The notes: generated by a model from the letters alone, not told the origin. A stretch of 64,000 nucleotides of DNA from Clostridia bacterium (GCA_045637805.1 JAZUAE010000001.1:15794-79793); one strand, 5' to 3'; shown: positions 17,737 through 27,772, counted from the stretch's first letter. A program made the numbers and translations.

Positions 17737-17765
17737 ATTGTACGATAACTTAATAAATTTTATGA
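17737..17765 (-). promoter_or_regulatory. sigma-E-like promoter abutting the spoIIIAA start codon
   Basis: The minus strand reads TCATAAA-N14-CGTACAAT-ttaat-ATG. The recalled B. subtilis sigma-E consensus is kmATAtt-N13/14-CATACAmT. Confidence 0.4.
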
Positions 17766-17798
17766 ATAAAAAAATCTAGACTATTATTTGTCTAGATT
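17765..17798 (-). terminator. rho-independent terminator after efp
   Basis: The minus strand reads AATCTAGAC-AAATAATA-GTCTAGATT-TTTTTAT (9-bp stem). Confidence 0.8.
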
Positions 17799-17807
17799 TA
17801 AGATTAA

Positions 17808-18365
17808 TTAAACTCTTGTCATGTATGTTCCAGTTCTTGTATCAATTCTGATCTTTTCACCAAGGTTTACAAACAATGGAACTTGAAGTGTTAAACCAGT
17901 CTCAACAGTTGCTGGCTTATTACCGGCTTTAGAAGTATCACCTTGAATACCAGGCTCACACTCAGTAATAGTAAGCTCAACAAACATAGGTGGTTCAACG
18001 CTAAAAGCAGAGCCTTTGTAGAATTGAATTGTACAATTCATGTTTTCTACCATATAGAGCATAGCTTCTTCAACTTGATCTTTATTAAGTGGAACCTGCT
18101 CATATGTTTCGCTATCCATAAAATAGTAAAGGTCACCATCATTGTAAAGATAAGTCATTTCTTTTCTTTCAATGTGTGCTTTTTCAAATTTTTCAACAGG
18201 GTTAAATGTACGCTCAATTACTTGACCTGTAACAATGTTTTTTAATTTTGTTCTAACAAACGCTGCACCCTTACCTGGTTTAACATGTAAGAAGTCAACA
18301 ACAACGTAAATTTTACCTTCCATTTCAAAAGTAATGCCTTTTCTTAAATCTCCAGCTGTAATCAT
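17808..18365 (-). CDS. efp: elongation factor P
   Basis: 185 aa. The [16 protein letters not shown] loop is present, and the gene lies upstream of spoIIIA as in B. subtilis. Confidence 0.95.
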   Translation of the reverse strand: MITAGDLRKGITFEMEGKIYVVVDFLHVKPGKGAAFVRTKLKNIVTGQVIERTFNPVEKFEKAHIERKEMTYLYNDGDLYYFMDSETYEQVPLNKDQVEEAMLYMVENMNCTIQFYKGSAFSVEPPMFVELTITECEPGIQGDTSKAGNKPATVETGLTLQVPLFVNLGEKIRIDTRTGTYMTRV

Positions 18366-18419
18366 AAATTTCCTCCAAAATTGTTATATTATTAATTATT
18401 ACATATATCTTGCTAAAAA

Positions 18420-19268
18420 TCAAACATTTTTATAAAATTTCTCTTTGCATTTAAGAGCATCTGCAGTTTGTGATCCATGAGACTCACAAACAACAATACC
18501 CTCAATATCAAATTTCTTTAAAACGGGTACTAAATCTTCAAAATTCGGACCATACCCATTAGGGTCTGTATCAAAGGTTAAATGCTTAAGTTCCCCCTTT
18601 GGACCATACTCAATTTTTGAAAAATGAATATGAACCTTTTTAAACCTATCACCAAGTCTGTTTTTGAGTTTAATGAAAATTTCCTCAAAATCAGCAGAAG
18701 ATTTTAAAGATCCACCGTTAAATGAATTTATATGTCCAAAATCAAGTGTTGGTATAACCATTTCATCTATTTCGCACATCTGGGCAATCTCTTCAACTGT
18801 TCCTACTTGTCCATGCTTACCCATGGTTTCAGGGCAAAGATAAATATCGTTTAAACCTCTTTCTTTTAATATTTGTACTAGAATTTTTAAATTCTTTTTC
18901 ACATTACTTAAAGCATCTTCCCTAGATTGCTTTGTTAGACTACCAGGGTGAAAAATTAATTTTTTAGCACCTAAGAGCTTCATTTTTTCAATGGAATTAA
19001 TGATATATCCGAAAGATTTTTCTATCATCATATCATCAGGGTTTGCAAGATTTATAAAATAAGGTGCATGAACCGAAACCTCTATTCCATATTTTTTAAA
19101 CTCTTCACCAAGCAAACTTGCTTTTTCATCTGACAAATTTACACCGTGTGTAAAAGGATATTCATAGGCATCAAGACCAAGCTTTGATAACCATTTTGGG
19201 CATTCTATTGTTTTTGAGTTTTCAGCATAAAACCAATCACAGTTTCCACTTGGACCAAACTTAATCAT
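18420..19268 (-). CDS. xylose-isomerase-like TIM-barrel protein, endonuclease IV (AP endonuclease family 2)-like
   Basis: 282 aa. VHAPYFINLANPD, LIFHPGS, LCPETMG and LDFGHIN resemble the Nfo metal-ligand blocks (HxxYLINLA, HPG, LEN.AG, DTCH) but are divergent. Confidence 0.5.
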   Translation of the reverse strand: MIKFGPSGNCDWFYAENSKTIECPKWLSKLGLDAYEYPFTHGVNLSDEKASLLGEEFKKYGIEVSVHAPYFINLANPDDMMIEKSFGYIINSIEKMKLLGAKKLIFHPGSLTKQSREDALSNVKKNLKILVQILKERGLNDIYLCPETMGKHGQVGTVEEIAQMCEIDEMVIPTLDFGHINSFNGGSLKSSADFEEIFIKLKNRLGDRFKKVHIHFSKIEYGPKGELKHLTFDTDPNGYGPNFEDLVPVLKKFDIEGIVVCESHGSQTADALKCKEKFYKNV

Positions 19269-20125
19269 TTTTCCTCCATGTATAAGAATATTTTGGACTT
19301 TATTTTACCATCATTATTTTCTGCCATACATACAATTTCACCATTATACGTAACAAAAAACTCAGACGATGGAATGTGTTGTTTTTCAACAGTTTTGCCA
19401 TCTAAAATATTTTTAAATTCCGTTTTATTAACCTCAACTATATCCATTCCTGGAAATACATCAAATATAGACAACAAAGTAGCATTTGGGTTTTCACAAA
19501 TCTCTTCTACAAAGTAAGAATCCTTTAACTCAAACACACCACTCTTTTGCCTATCAATACTGAGCGTAGTTGAGACTGTACCGAGCAACTTTGCAAGATC
19601 TAAAAGTAATGATCTAACATAAGTTCCTGCCGAGCAATGGATTAAAAATTTATACACATTTTTGTCTAACTTTTCTAGACATTTAAAATTATAAATTTTA
19701 ACCTCACGCGGTTCAAGCTCGATTTGTATATTTTCTTTAGCATACTCATACGCCCTTTTTCCAGCAATGCTTTTTGCTGAATACAACGGCGGTGTTTGCA
19801 TAATTACCCCTGTAAGTTTGCCCATTTCATTTTGGATCTGATTAAGCGAAATATCAACATCTTCCGTTTTTACAACTTCACCTTCAGGATCAAGAGTTGT
19901 TGTAAGTTCACCAAACTTGCAGGTGGCGACATAAATTTTATCTTTTTTTAGGAAATAATCAAAAAACCTTGTCGCCTTTCCAACAGCTATAGGTAAAACC
20001 CCTGTAGCATTTGGGTCTAATGTTCCAAGATGACCACATTTTTCACGCGTTGCTTTTTTTATTTTGTTAACAATATAGGCAGAAGACACGCCTTGTGGCT
20101 TATTACAATTAAAAAATCCTATCAT
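19265..20125 (-). CDS. truB: tRNA pseudouridine(55) synthase
   Basis: The GHLGTLDPNATGVLPIAVGKATR motif, containing the catalytic Asp, is present. Confidence 0.93.
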   Translation of the reverse strand: MIGFFNCNKPQGVSSAYIVNKIKKATREKCGHLGTLDPNATGVLPIAVGKATRFFDYFLKKDKIYVATCKFGELTTTLDPEGEVVKTEDVDISLNQIQNEMGKLTGVIMQTPPLYSAKSIAGKRAYEYAKENIQIELEPREVKIYNFKCLEKLDKNVYKFLIHCSAGTYVRSLLLDLAKLLGTVSTTLSIDRQKSGVFELKDSYFVEEICENPNATLLSIFDVFPGMDIVEVNKTEFKNILDGKTVEKQHIPSSEFFVTYNGEIVCMAENNDGKIKSKIFLYMEEK

Positions 20126-21072
20126 AACAGCACCTTTTTGGCCTCTTTAATAATCTGCTCTTTAATTTCCTCATAAGACTGATATGATTTAAAGCCTGCA
20201 GCATTAATATGTCCGCCGCCACCAAACGACTCAGCAACATCAGCGGCAGAAAATTTACCCTTTGTCCTTATAGAACCATAAATTGCACCCTCACTATCTT
20301 TAGAAAGAATAGCTGCCATTTTTACACTTTTCAATTCAAAAGGTACGTAAACAAGTCCTTTTGTATCATCTATTGATGTGTTTGTTTTTTTGAATATTTT
20401 ATCATCTAGATAACATATAGCAAGTTTATTATCAAGCCTAAAATCTATTGTCTGATAAACATATTTTTTAAGATTAAAAACGTCCATAGATATACTATTG
20501 TTAAGAGGCTCGGTAATTGTATCAATACTATCACCATAAATCTGTAACAATTTTGATACAATAGCAAAGGTTGACTCTTTTGCATTACTAAAGGTTAAAT
20601 TACCAGTATCAGTAAATATTCCCACAATTAAACACATAGCCATATCTTTATCAATCTTTTGATTTAGACTTAGTATTACATTATATAGCAATTCACAAGT
20701 AGAAGAAGCCTTTTCATCTACTATATTACTCTCTGCAAAGTTTGGATTACCCCTGTGATGATCAATCTGAATTGATGGTGTTTTTTTACCAAACTTAAAT
20801 TTCTTTCTACCAAGCCTATCAAGTGACGCACTATCTAGCGCAATATGTAAATCGTATTTTTCACACGTTTTCTCATTTATACACTCAATACCAGGTAAAA
20901 ATTGTATATGATATGGAATTGTTGAATCAACAATAATGTCAGCTTTTTTACCCATATTAATTAACATTTTTCTCAATGTTAAAGAAGAACCGATAGCATC
21001 GCCATCGGTATTGATATGTGTGAATATAGCAACAGAACTCGCTTTGTTTATGAGTTCAATATATCTACTCAT
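20122..21072 (-). CDS. nrnA: DHH/DHHA1 phosphoesterase (NrnA-like oligoribonuclease/pAp phosphatase)
   Basis: DGDAIGS, DHH (QIDHHRGN) and GGGH motifs. I chose the ATG at 21072, which is 9 nt from AGGAG; the ORF-track ATG at 21081 abuts the SD. Confidence 0.85.
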   Translation of the reverse strand: MSRYIELINKASSVAIFTHINTDGDAIGSSLTLRKMLINMGKKADIIVDSTIPYHIQFLPGIECINEKTCEKYDLHIALDSASLDRLGRKKFKFGKKTPSIQIDHHRGNPNFAESNIVDEKASSTCELLYNVILSLNQKIDKDMAMCLIVGIFTDTGNLTFSNAKESTFAIVSKLLQIYGDSIDTITEPLNNSISMDVFNLKKYVYQTIDFRLDNKLAICYLDDKIFKKTNTSIDDTKGLVYVPFELKSVKMAAILSKDSEGAIYGSIRTKGKFSAADVAESFGGGGHINAAGFKSYQSYEEIKEQIIKEAKKVLL

Positions 21073-21433
21073 TATCAGCATCTCCTGTTTTAATTGAATT
21101 TAAAATCTTGTTTATCTTTTGACCATAATCCAAAGATTCATCTAAGATAAAAATAAGTTCTGGGGAAACTCTGAGATTTATTTTTTCAGAAACCTCATGA
21201 CGTATAAACCCCCTAGCATTATTAATTATTGCAAATATTTGCTCTTTAGTGTAATTTTTGCCAGGTAAAATACTAATAAATACTCTCGCTTGAAATAGGT
21301 CTGGAGTTACGTCCACTTTAGAAACAGTAATAAAAGACCCCTCAAGCTCACTATTTGAAAGCTTAAACGATATTACCTCAGAAATATATTTTTGCATTTC
21401 TGCATTAATCTTTTGCATTCTATATTTAGCCAT
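21065..21433 (-). CDS. rbfA: ribosome-binding factor A
   Basis: 122 aa. R..K....(M/I)QK.IS..I block, and position downstream of infB. Confidence 0.9.
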   Translation of the reverse strand: MAKYRMQKINAEMQKYISEVISFKLSNSELEGSFITVSKVDVTPDLFQARVFISILPGKNYTKEQIFAIINNARGFIRHEVSEKINLRVSPELIFILDESLDYGQKINKILNSIKTGDADNE

Positions 21434-21446
21434 AACTCCCTCCTAA

Positions 21447-23927
21447 TTATATTTTTTCCAAACCGTAAGATTCAAAAGTGTCACCGACTTCAAAATCAGT
21501 AAATTTTTCAAAAGTAACACCACATTCAAATCCACTAGCCACTTCTTTCGCTTCATTTTTATCGCGTTGAAGTGTTGGCATAACGCCTTCATAAATAATC
21601 TTATTTTTTCTAGAAATTCTAACTTTAGAGCCTTTTACGATTTTACCGTCAAGAACATAGGTTCCCGCAATAGCACCAAATTTACTTGCTTTAAATATTG
21701 CCCTAATTTCAGCGTGTCCATAAACAACTTCTTTAAATTTAGGAGCAAGCATTGCTGTAATTTGCTCTTCTACAAAATCTATTGCCTCATATATAATTTT
21801 GAAGAATTTAATTTCAACTTTATTCTTCTCAGCATAAGATTTAGCTTTAACATCTGGTTTAACGTTAAATCCGATAATGCAAGCATGGCCAGCATCAGCA
21901 AGCATCACGTCATTTTCTGTAATTGCACCAACACCAGTATGGATTACTCTAACTTTAACTTCGTCATTTTTAATGACTGCAAGTGAACTTGAAAGAGCCT
22001 CTATTGAACCTTGAACATCACCTTTAATAATAATGTTATAATCTTTAAAGTTACTGTCAGCCATCTTGTCCATTAACGCATCAAGAGATAGATCCGCAGC
22101 TTTAATCATACTTGTACGTGCTTTGTTATGACGCTCTAAGAGTACTTTATGAGATAATTTTTCATCAACCACATAAAGCTCATCACCAGCAGAAGGAACA
22201 CCATCTAAACCAAGTATTGCAACAGGAGTAGAAGGAGCAGCAGTTTTTACATTCTCACCTCTATCATTTGTCATAGCACGGATTTTACCACTAAAGTTTC
22301 CAACAACTACATTGTCACCTGTCTTAAGTGTACCATTTTGAACAAGAACTGTTGCAACTGAACCTTTACCTTTATCAAGTCTAGCCTCAATAATAGATCC
22401 AAAAGCAGCTTTCTTAGGGTTTGCTCTTAAATTTTGATATTCCGCAACAAACAATACCATTTCTAATAATTTATCAATGTTTTGACCTGTTTTGGCTGAG
22501 ATAGGTATCATAATTGCATCGCCACCCCATTCTTCAGGTAAAACATCATATTCAGATAATTGTTGTTTAATTCTATCTACATTTGCTGTATCTTTATCAA
22601 TCTTATTAATAGCAACAATCATAGGAACTTTTGCCTCTTTAATAAACTTAATAGCTTCCACAGTTTGAGGCATTACACCATCATCTGCAGCAACAACAAG
22701 TATAGCCACATCTGTAAGTTTAGCACCACGAGCACGCATAGCAGTAAAGGCAGCGTGTCCAGGCGTATCAATAAATGTGATAGGTTCATCATTTACTTTT
22801 ATCATATAAGCACCTATGTGCTGAGTAATGCCACCAGCTTCAGTTGTAGTAACTTTTGTATTTCTAATATAGTCAAGAAGAGATGTTTTACCATGGTCAA
22901 CGTGACCCATAACAACAACAACTGGAGGTCTCTTTTGAAGATCCTTTTCGTCATCAGCTCCTGTTTGAATTTCTGCAAGAAGTTCTTCAGCTTTCGCCTC
23001 AATTTTCTTCTCTAAAGTTACTCCAAGTTCATTAGAAACAAGTTCAGCTGCATCATAATCAATATTGCTATTGATATTCATCATCATGCCAAGCTCCATA
23101 AGCTTACCAAGAATTTGAGTTACTGGTTTACCTATTTTTTCAGCAAGCATTTTTACTGTTAAGTTATCAGTTGTAATAACTGCATGATCAACAGCAGGAG
23201 CTACAACCTTTTTCTCTTCCTTAGTTTTCTTTGCTTTTTTCCAAGAACCAGAACCAACATAAGAATCATCTACCAAGGTTTCATCTTCAACATAGCCACG
23301 CATTAAAAGAGCCTTCTTGCCTAAATGTTTTTTCTCTTCACTGCGATTGTTTGAATTTTTATTGCGATTTTGGTTGTTTGCAAATTTATTGTGTACATTT
23401 AATGACTCAATAGATTCTGTACCACGAGCAAGTACTGGCTTTGCAAAACCAGCAGGTTTTTTAAACCCTGCTGCGTCATTTCTTGGAGCAAATCCACCTT
23501 GTGGCTTTCCGGTTTGGAATTGACGCACTTGAGGAGCACCACCTTGAGGTCTATTAAACGCTCCTTGTTGTCTTTGATTTCCACGAAAACCATTTTGTTG
23601 TCCGCGGTTTTCAGGATATTTTCTAACCTCTACACCTTGTTTTTTGCCATCAAATGGTTTGTTTATAGGTTTATTTGCTTGAGTTTGAGCAATTTCAACT
23701 TTAGCAGGAACAACTGGAGCTTCCACCTTTTCAATCTTTTGACTTGCAACTTTTTGAGCAGCAAGATTTAGATTTGATTCTTTTTGCCTTATTGCAGCAT
23801 AAATCTGGTCAAGTTTAACCCTGGCCTTTTTTAAGTTGCTGCTTAAACCTGACAACAAGTTTTCAGAAAGCAAACTCTGCATTTGTTTTATATTGTCGTA
23901 TTCGCGTTTTACAGTATCGTTTGTCAA
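21447..23927 (-). CDS. infB: translation initiation factor IF-2
   Basis: 826 aa. G1 motif [12 protein letters not shown], plus DTPGH and NKID. The N-terminus is low-complexity and Q/G/R/K-rich. Confidence 0.97.
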   Translation of the reverse strand: MTNDTVKREYDNIKQMQSLLSENLLSGLSSNLKKARVKLDQIYAAIRQKESNLNLAAQKVASQKIEKVEAPVVPAKVEIAQTQANKPINKPFDGKKQGVEVRKYPENRGQQNGFRGNQRQQGAFNRPQGGAPQVRQFQTGKPQGGFAPRNDAAGFKKPAGFAKPVLARGTESIESLNVHNKFANNQNRNKNSNNRSEEKKHLGKKALLMRGYVEDETLVDDSYVGSGSWKKAKKTKEEKKVVAPAVDHAVITTDNLTVKMLAEKIGKPVTQILGKLMELGMMMNINSNIDYDAAELVSNELGVTLEKKIEAKAEELLAEIQTGADDEKDLQKRPPVVVVMGHVDHGKTSLLDYIRNTKVTTTEAGGITQHIGAYMIKVNDEPITFIDTPGHAAFTAMRARGAKLTDVAILVVAADDGVMPQTVEAIKFIKEAKVPMIVAINKIDKDTANVDRIKQQLSEYDVLPEEWGGDAIMIPISAKTGQNIDKLLEMVLFVAEYQNLRANPKKAAFGSIIEARLDKGKGSVATVLVQNGTLKTGDNVVVGNFSGKIRAMTNDRGENVKTAAPSTPVAILGLDGVPSAGDELYVVDEKLSHKVLLERHNKARTSMIKAADLSLDALMDKMADSNFKDYNIIIKGDVQGSIEALSSSLAVIKNDEVKVRVIHTGVGAITENDVMLADAGHACIIGFNVKPDVKAKSYAEKNKVEIKFFKIIYEAIDFVEEQITAMLAPKFKEVVYGHAEIRAIFKASKFGAIAGTYVLDGKIVKGSKVRISRKNKIIYEGVMPTLQRDKNEAKEVASGFECGVTFEKFTDFEVGDTFESYGLEKI

Positions 23928-23928
23928 A

Positions 23929-24207
23929 TTACTGTACCTCCAAAATGTTTTTTATTGCGTTCGCGAGATTTTCGTCCGTAATAGCAAGAGCTTTCACACC
24001 TGGCAAACTTACCATGTCTTCAAAATCACTTTCTTTTAAGACGAAAACTTTATTATTTTTTTCCAATTTTTTCTTTGCTATAATCGAAAGCGACGAGCTT
24101 ATTAGAACAATTCTAGTTTTATTACTTTTTAGAATATTATCAGTACCAAGCACTACCTGTTTCGACTTTTTTGCAAAACCTATATAGGAAGAAATTTTAT
24201 TTATCAC
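23929..24207 (-). CDS. ylxQ: L7Ae-family RNA-binding protein YlxQ
   Basis: 92 aa between ylxR and infB. G.A.K..(K/Q).V.G block near the N-terminus. Confidence 0.8.
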   Translation of the reverse strand: MINKISSYIGFAKKSKQVVLGTDNILKSNKTRIVLISSSLSIIAKKKLEKNNKVFVLKESDFEDMVSLPGVKALAITDENLANAIKNILEVQ

Positions 24208-24451
24208 CTATTTTTTCTCCTATTTTGTCATAGATTTCAGACTGCACTGCAGTTTTATAACTCCTGTTTAAACCTTTACTTTGAATAAGTTTTTTTAAAC
24301 AAACATCGTTATTACAAACGTAAGCGCCTCTGCCTTCTTTGTTTTGACTTGGATCGAGTGAAATATCGCCATTTTTATTTTTTACAAATTTTAACATTTC
24401 ACTCTTATCTCTCTTTGATCTACACGAAATACACGTGCGCACATTTTTCAT
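24197..24451 (-). CDS. ylxR: YlxR/RnpM (DUF448) RNA-binding protein
   Basis: 84 aa. R.C..CR......(L/M).(R/K)(F/V)V and GRGAY.C motifs, directly downstream of nusA. Confidence 0.88.
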   Translation of the reverse strand: MKNVRTCISCRSKRDKSEMLKFVKNKNGDISLDPSQNKEGRGAYVCNNDVCLKKLIQSKGLNRSYKTAVQSEIYDKIGEKIGDK

Positions 24452-25593
24452 TAAGCATTATCTCCAATACCGTCAAGGTCATCGAAAATGTTGTCGATAT
24501 CATCAAGAGAAACCTCTTCAGCACCTGTTTCATCAATGTTTTTATCCTCTTCAGCAGCTTTAGATTCACTCTTAACATCAATCTTCCAACCAGTAAGTTT
24601 TGCAGCTAAGCGCACATTCATACCACCTTTACCGATTGCAAGTGAAAGTTTATCGTCAGGTACAATAACCCTTGAAGCTTTCAATTCTTCATCGATTTCG
24701 ATTGAGAGAACCTTAGCTGGAGATAAAGCTCTAGCAATATACTCAAAAGGATCATCACTATATACAATTAAATCAATTTTTTCGCCACCAAGCTCGCTAA
24801 CAATAGTATTTACACGAATACCCTTATTACCAACACAAGAGCCAAGAGCATCAACATTTGGATCGTTTGATATAATAGACATTTTTGTTCTATAACCAGG
24901 CTCACGAACAATATTTTTAATTGTAACCACACCTGATGCTATTTCTGGAACTTCAGATTCAAACAATTTCTTAACAAAATTTGGTATTGTTCTTGATACA
25001 ACAGCTTGAACACCAAATGCTGTATCTCTAAGTTTTTTAACATATACTTTAATTTTGTCATTAATGTTGTATTTTTCGCTTGCAATTTGATCACCTGACA
25101 TTAAGACACCCTCAATAGAGCTGCCAGCAATTTCAATATAAACATTATTATTTTCAATTCTTCTGATTGTACCTGTAACAAGTGTATCAACCTTTCCTGA
25201 AAGTTCAGCAAAAGCAGTATCACGTTCAGCTTCACGCAATTTTTGAATAATTACTTGTTTAGCAGTACCAGCAGCAATTCTACCAAAATCTTTTGGTGTA
25301 ACTTCCTCTTGAACATTATCACCGATCTTATAAGATTTTTTGATTTCCTTTGCTTCTTCGAGAGATATTTCAGTGTCTGGATCAGTTACTTCTTCAACAA
25401 CAGTCTTATATGCATATACTTTTATTGTGTTCTTTTCAGGAACAAGTTTAACAGTAACAGCTTTAGCCTCACCAAAGTTCTTTTTATAAGCTGCAACAAG
25501 TGCAGATTCAAGTGTTTCAATAAAGAACTCTTTTTTTACTCCTTTTGTTTGTTCTAATTCATCAAGTGCTAAGAAAAAATCTTTGTTAACCAT
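24451..25593 (-). CDS. nusA: transcription termination/antitermination factor NusA
   Basis: 380 aa. N-terminal domain, S1, and two KH domains (GxxG: GNKGIR, GKGGMN), with an acidic tail. Confidence 0.96.
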   Translation of the reverse strand: MVNKDFFLALDELEQTKGVKKEFFIETLESALVAAYKKNFGEAKAVTVKLVPEKNTIKVYAYKTVVEEVTDPDTEISLEEAKEIKKSYKIGDNVQEEVTPKDFGRIAAGTAKQVIIQKLREAERDTAFAELSGKVDTLVTGTIRRIENNNVYIEIAGSSIEGVLMSGDQIASEKYNINDKIKVYVKKLRDTAFGVQAVVSRTIPNFVKKLFESEVPEIASGVVTIKNIVREPGYRTKMSIISNDPNVDALGSCVGNKGIRVNTIVSELGGEKIDLIVYSDDPFEYIARALSPAKVLSIEIDEELKASRVIVPDDKLSLAIGKGGMNVRLAAKLTGWKIDVKSESKAAEEDKNIDETGAEEVSLDDIDNIFDDLDGIGDNA

Positions 25594-25601
25594 AAATCCT
25601 C

Positions 25602-26060
25602 CTAAAAATTTATTACCTTACTTATTTTTGAAATTGTTTTTCTTTCTATTTCTAATTCTTTTTCGCCGAAAAGTATCTTAATATTGTCTTTATCAAACCC
25701 AAGAAGTTTGCCCTCAAAAACTTTTTGTTTTTCAATAGGTTTAAACAATCTAACCTCCACGTTTTCACCGATATTACGAGCGTAATCTCTGTCCGTTTTA
25801 AATGGACGATCAAGACCAAGTGATGAAACGTTTAAAATATATGGCTTATCGCCTGTTGGATTCAAACTGTCTAAAGGTTCATCGATTGCTCTATGTACTT
25901 TTTCACAATCAGTTATTGAAATACCTTTAGATGAATCGATATAAATTGTAAGATTCATGCCTGTTTCTTTTTTCTCATATTCCACATCGGCAAGTTCATA
26001 ACCCAAATCTTTCACAATAGGTTCAATATAATCATAAACATTTTCTGCAACGCGTGCCAT
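25602..26060 (-). CDS. rimP: ribosome maturation factor RimP
   Basis: 152 aa. The L.D(V/I)EY.KE....L.I(Y/F)ID pattern is present, and the gene lies upstream of nusA. Confidence 0.9.
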   Translation of the reverse strand: MARVAENVYDYIEPIVKDLGYELADVEYEKKETGMNLTIYIDSSKGISITDCEKVHRAIDEPLDSLNPTGDKPYILNVSSLGLDRPFKTDRDYARNIGENVEVRLFKPIEKQKVFEGKLLGFDKDNIKILFGEKELEIERKTISKISKVINF

Positions 26061-26083
26061 AAAAACCTCCCTGCAAAATTTTA

Positions 26084-26103
26084 GGAGTGGCGCCTGCCAC
26101 TCC
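26084..26103 (-). promoter_or_regulatory. GC-rich hairpin in the rimP-nusA-infB leader (candidate attenuator or weak terminator)
   Basis: The minus strand reads GGAGTGGC-AGGC-GCCACTCC, a perfect 8-bp GC-rich stem. It is followed by the interrupted T-tract TAAAATTTTG, about 25 nt upstream of the rimP ATG. Confidence 0.5.
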
Positions 26104-26149
26104 CAAAGATAAGTTTATAATGATATTATATAATACAAGTCCATTAAAA

Positions 26150-27772
26150 TCAAGTGTTTTGTTCAATAATTTCGTATAATTTTATAAAGCATTCAGCTGT
26201 CGCCATAGCATCATGAACAGCGCGGTGTGCATTTTCAAGACTAACACCAAGCTTAGCACAAATTGTTTTTAATTTGTAATTTTTTAAACCTTTAAGGTTT
26301 TGCATTGCAAGCGTCCAAGTATCTTCCATTTCAGATTCAAAGTTATATCCACACTTTTTACCATAGTGATTTAAGAAACCATAATCAAAAGAGACATTTT
26401 GACCAACAAGAACAGCACCTCTAGTAAATTTGTAAAAGTCTGGCATCACTTGTTCAATAGAATGTGCACCGACTAAATCTTTGTCCGTTATTCCTGTAAG
26501 TTCAATTATTTCTTTAGATAAAGGTTTTTGTGGGTTAACAAAACACATAAATCGTTCCGTAATTTTGCCATTTTTAATCTTCACAGCACCGATTTCTATA
26601 ATCTTATCACCTTCAAAAACATGAAGACCCGTTGTTTCAAAGTCAAATACGACAAAATCTTTGTTTTTTATGTGCTCAGGAATAGGTTTTTCTTTACCAC
26701 TTGAAAAAGCAAATAAATCTACCTGCTGTTTTGACTCAACTTCTTCAGGAAAAACATATCTGTAATTTTTCGGCTCACTTTTCCAAGAAACTTCTTCTTT
26801 AAAATCTGAAGGGAGCTTACAAGTAGAAATTTCTTTTATTACCATACTTACTCCACCTGAATATTTGTCTTCTTCAACCTTTCCACGAACTACAACTTCT
26901 GTTCCAACAGTAAGTGCATCTAAAAGTGCTAATGTCCCCTTAGTAGAAAAAGCAATACAGCTCATTTTTCCAGTGAAATCCTCGATCGCTATTCTATAAT
27001 ATTTTCTAACGCTTTGCTCAGCTTTAGAATTCTCTTCAGCTTGTTTTTCAAGTTCCTCGTTTGTCTTCGCCTCTTTTTTAGGTTTCTCTTCTTTTTCCTT
27101 AGGTTTGCGAACCACATCATTATAGAATGTAATTTTTCCACAAATTACTACACTTTCAATAGGTGTTTTAACGTCTTTAATATATACTGGCTTGTCATCG
27201 ATTTGTTCGCCTATATATTTCATAACATCTGTAACATCAATTGTTCGGACTTTAGGTTCTAAAACTTCTAAATCAAACTCTGGTTCTTCTTGTTTTGCAG
27301 AAGCTTCAGCGATTTGAAAAGGAATTGCTGTTAAACTAAAATCAAAACAAAAATATTCGTTTAGAAATTTTGTAATATCGGCCAATATTCTTTTATTTTC
27401 AAACCGTTCATAAGATTTTTCATCAATTAAGAGATTGACATTAGCACTTTCCTTTACCTCAATCTCCCCTACTGCATGCAAAATTGCAGGACAATTTTTC
27501 TTAAAATAGTACTCAATTTGAGGTAAAATTGAATCCTTGTTAACAAAATTTTTGATAAATTTTATCTCATATACAAAATCTTGCGGCATATTAGATTTTA
27601 TGGTTTTTTCAAGATTTAACCTATCTTTTATAGACAAAATTATGCCGTCTTTATAATATATTTCCAAGACGCAAATATTGCCACCTTGTTTTAAGGTGGC
27701 ATTTTTCATTTTAAATCCAAATTTATTTTCCGTTTCATTATTTAAAATTTCTATTATTTTACAATTTGTCAT
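26150..27772 (-). CDS. PolC-like N-terminal/OB-fold/DEDDh 3'-5' exonuclease protein lacking PHP and polymerase domains
   Basis: The C-terminal 169 aa carry ExoI FDFETTG, ExoII NVSFDYGFL and ExoIII HRAVHDAMA. The middle region (VICGKITF...VVVRGKVEEDKY) is OB-fold-like. I chose the ATG at 27772 (ATGA overlap with the rseP stop) over the ORF-track TTG at 27787. The gene occupies the polC slot between rseP and rimP. Confidence 0.75.
   Translation of the reverse strand: MTNCKIIEILNNETENKFGFKMKNATLKQGGNICVLEIYYKDGIILSIKDRLNLEKTIKSNMPQDFVYEIKFIKNFVNKDSILPQIEYYFKKNCPAILHAVGEIEVKESANVNLLIDEKSYERFENKRILADITKFLNEYFCFDFSLTAIPFQIAEASAKQEEPEFDLEVLEPKVRTIDVTDVMKYIGEQIDDKPVYIKDVKTPIESVVICGKITFYNDVVRKPKEKEEKPKKEAKTNEELEKQAEENSKAEQSVRKYYRIAIEDFTGKMSCIAFSTKGTLALLDALTVGTEVVVRGKVEEDKYSGGVSMVIKEISTCKLPSDFKEEVSWKSEPKNYRYVFPEEVESKQQVDLFAFSSGKEKPIPEHIKNKDFVVFDFETTGLHVFEGDKIIEIGAVKIKNGKITERFMCFVNPQKPLSKEIIELTGITDKDLVGAHSIEQVMPDFYKFTRGAVLVGQNVSFDYGFLNHYGKKCGYNFESEMEDTWTLAMQNLKGLKNYKLKTICAKLGVSLENAHRAVHDAMATAECFIKLYEIIEQNT

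Noticed and set aside
23330-23640. Repetitive Q/G/R/F/K-rich coding stretch in infB, considered as a possible novel repeat element.
   Set aside because: Low-complexity N-terminal regions are normal for bacterial IF-2. There is no DNA-level tandem repeat.
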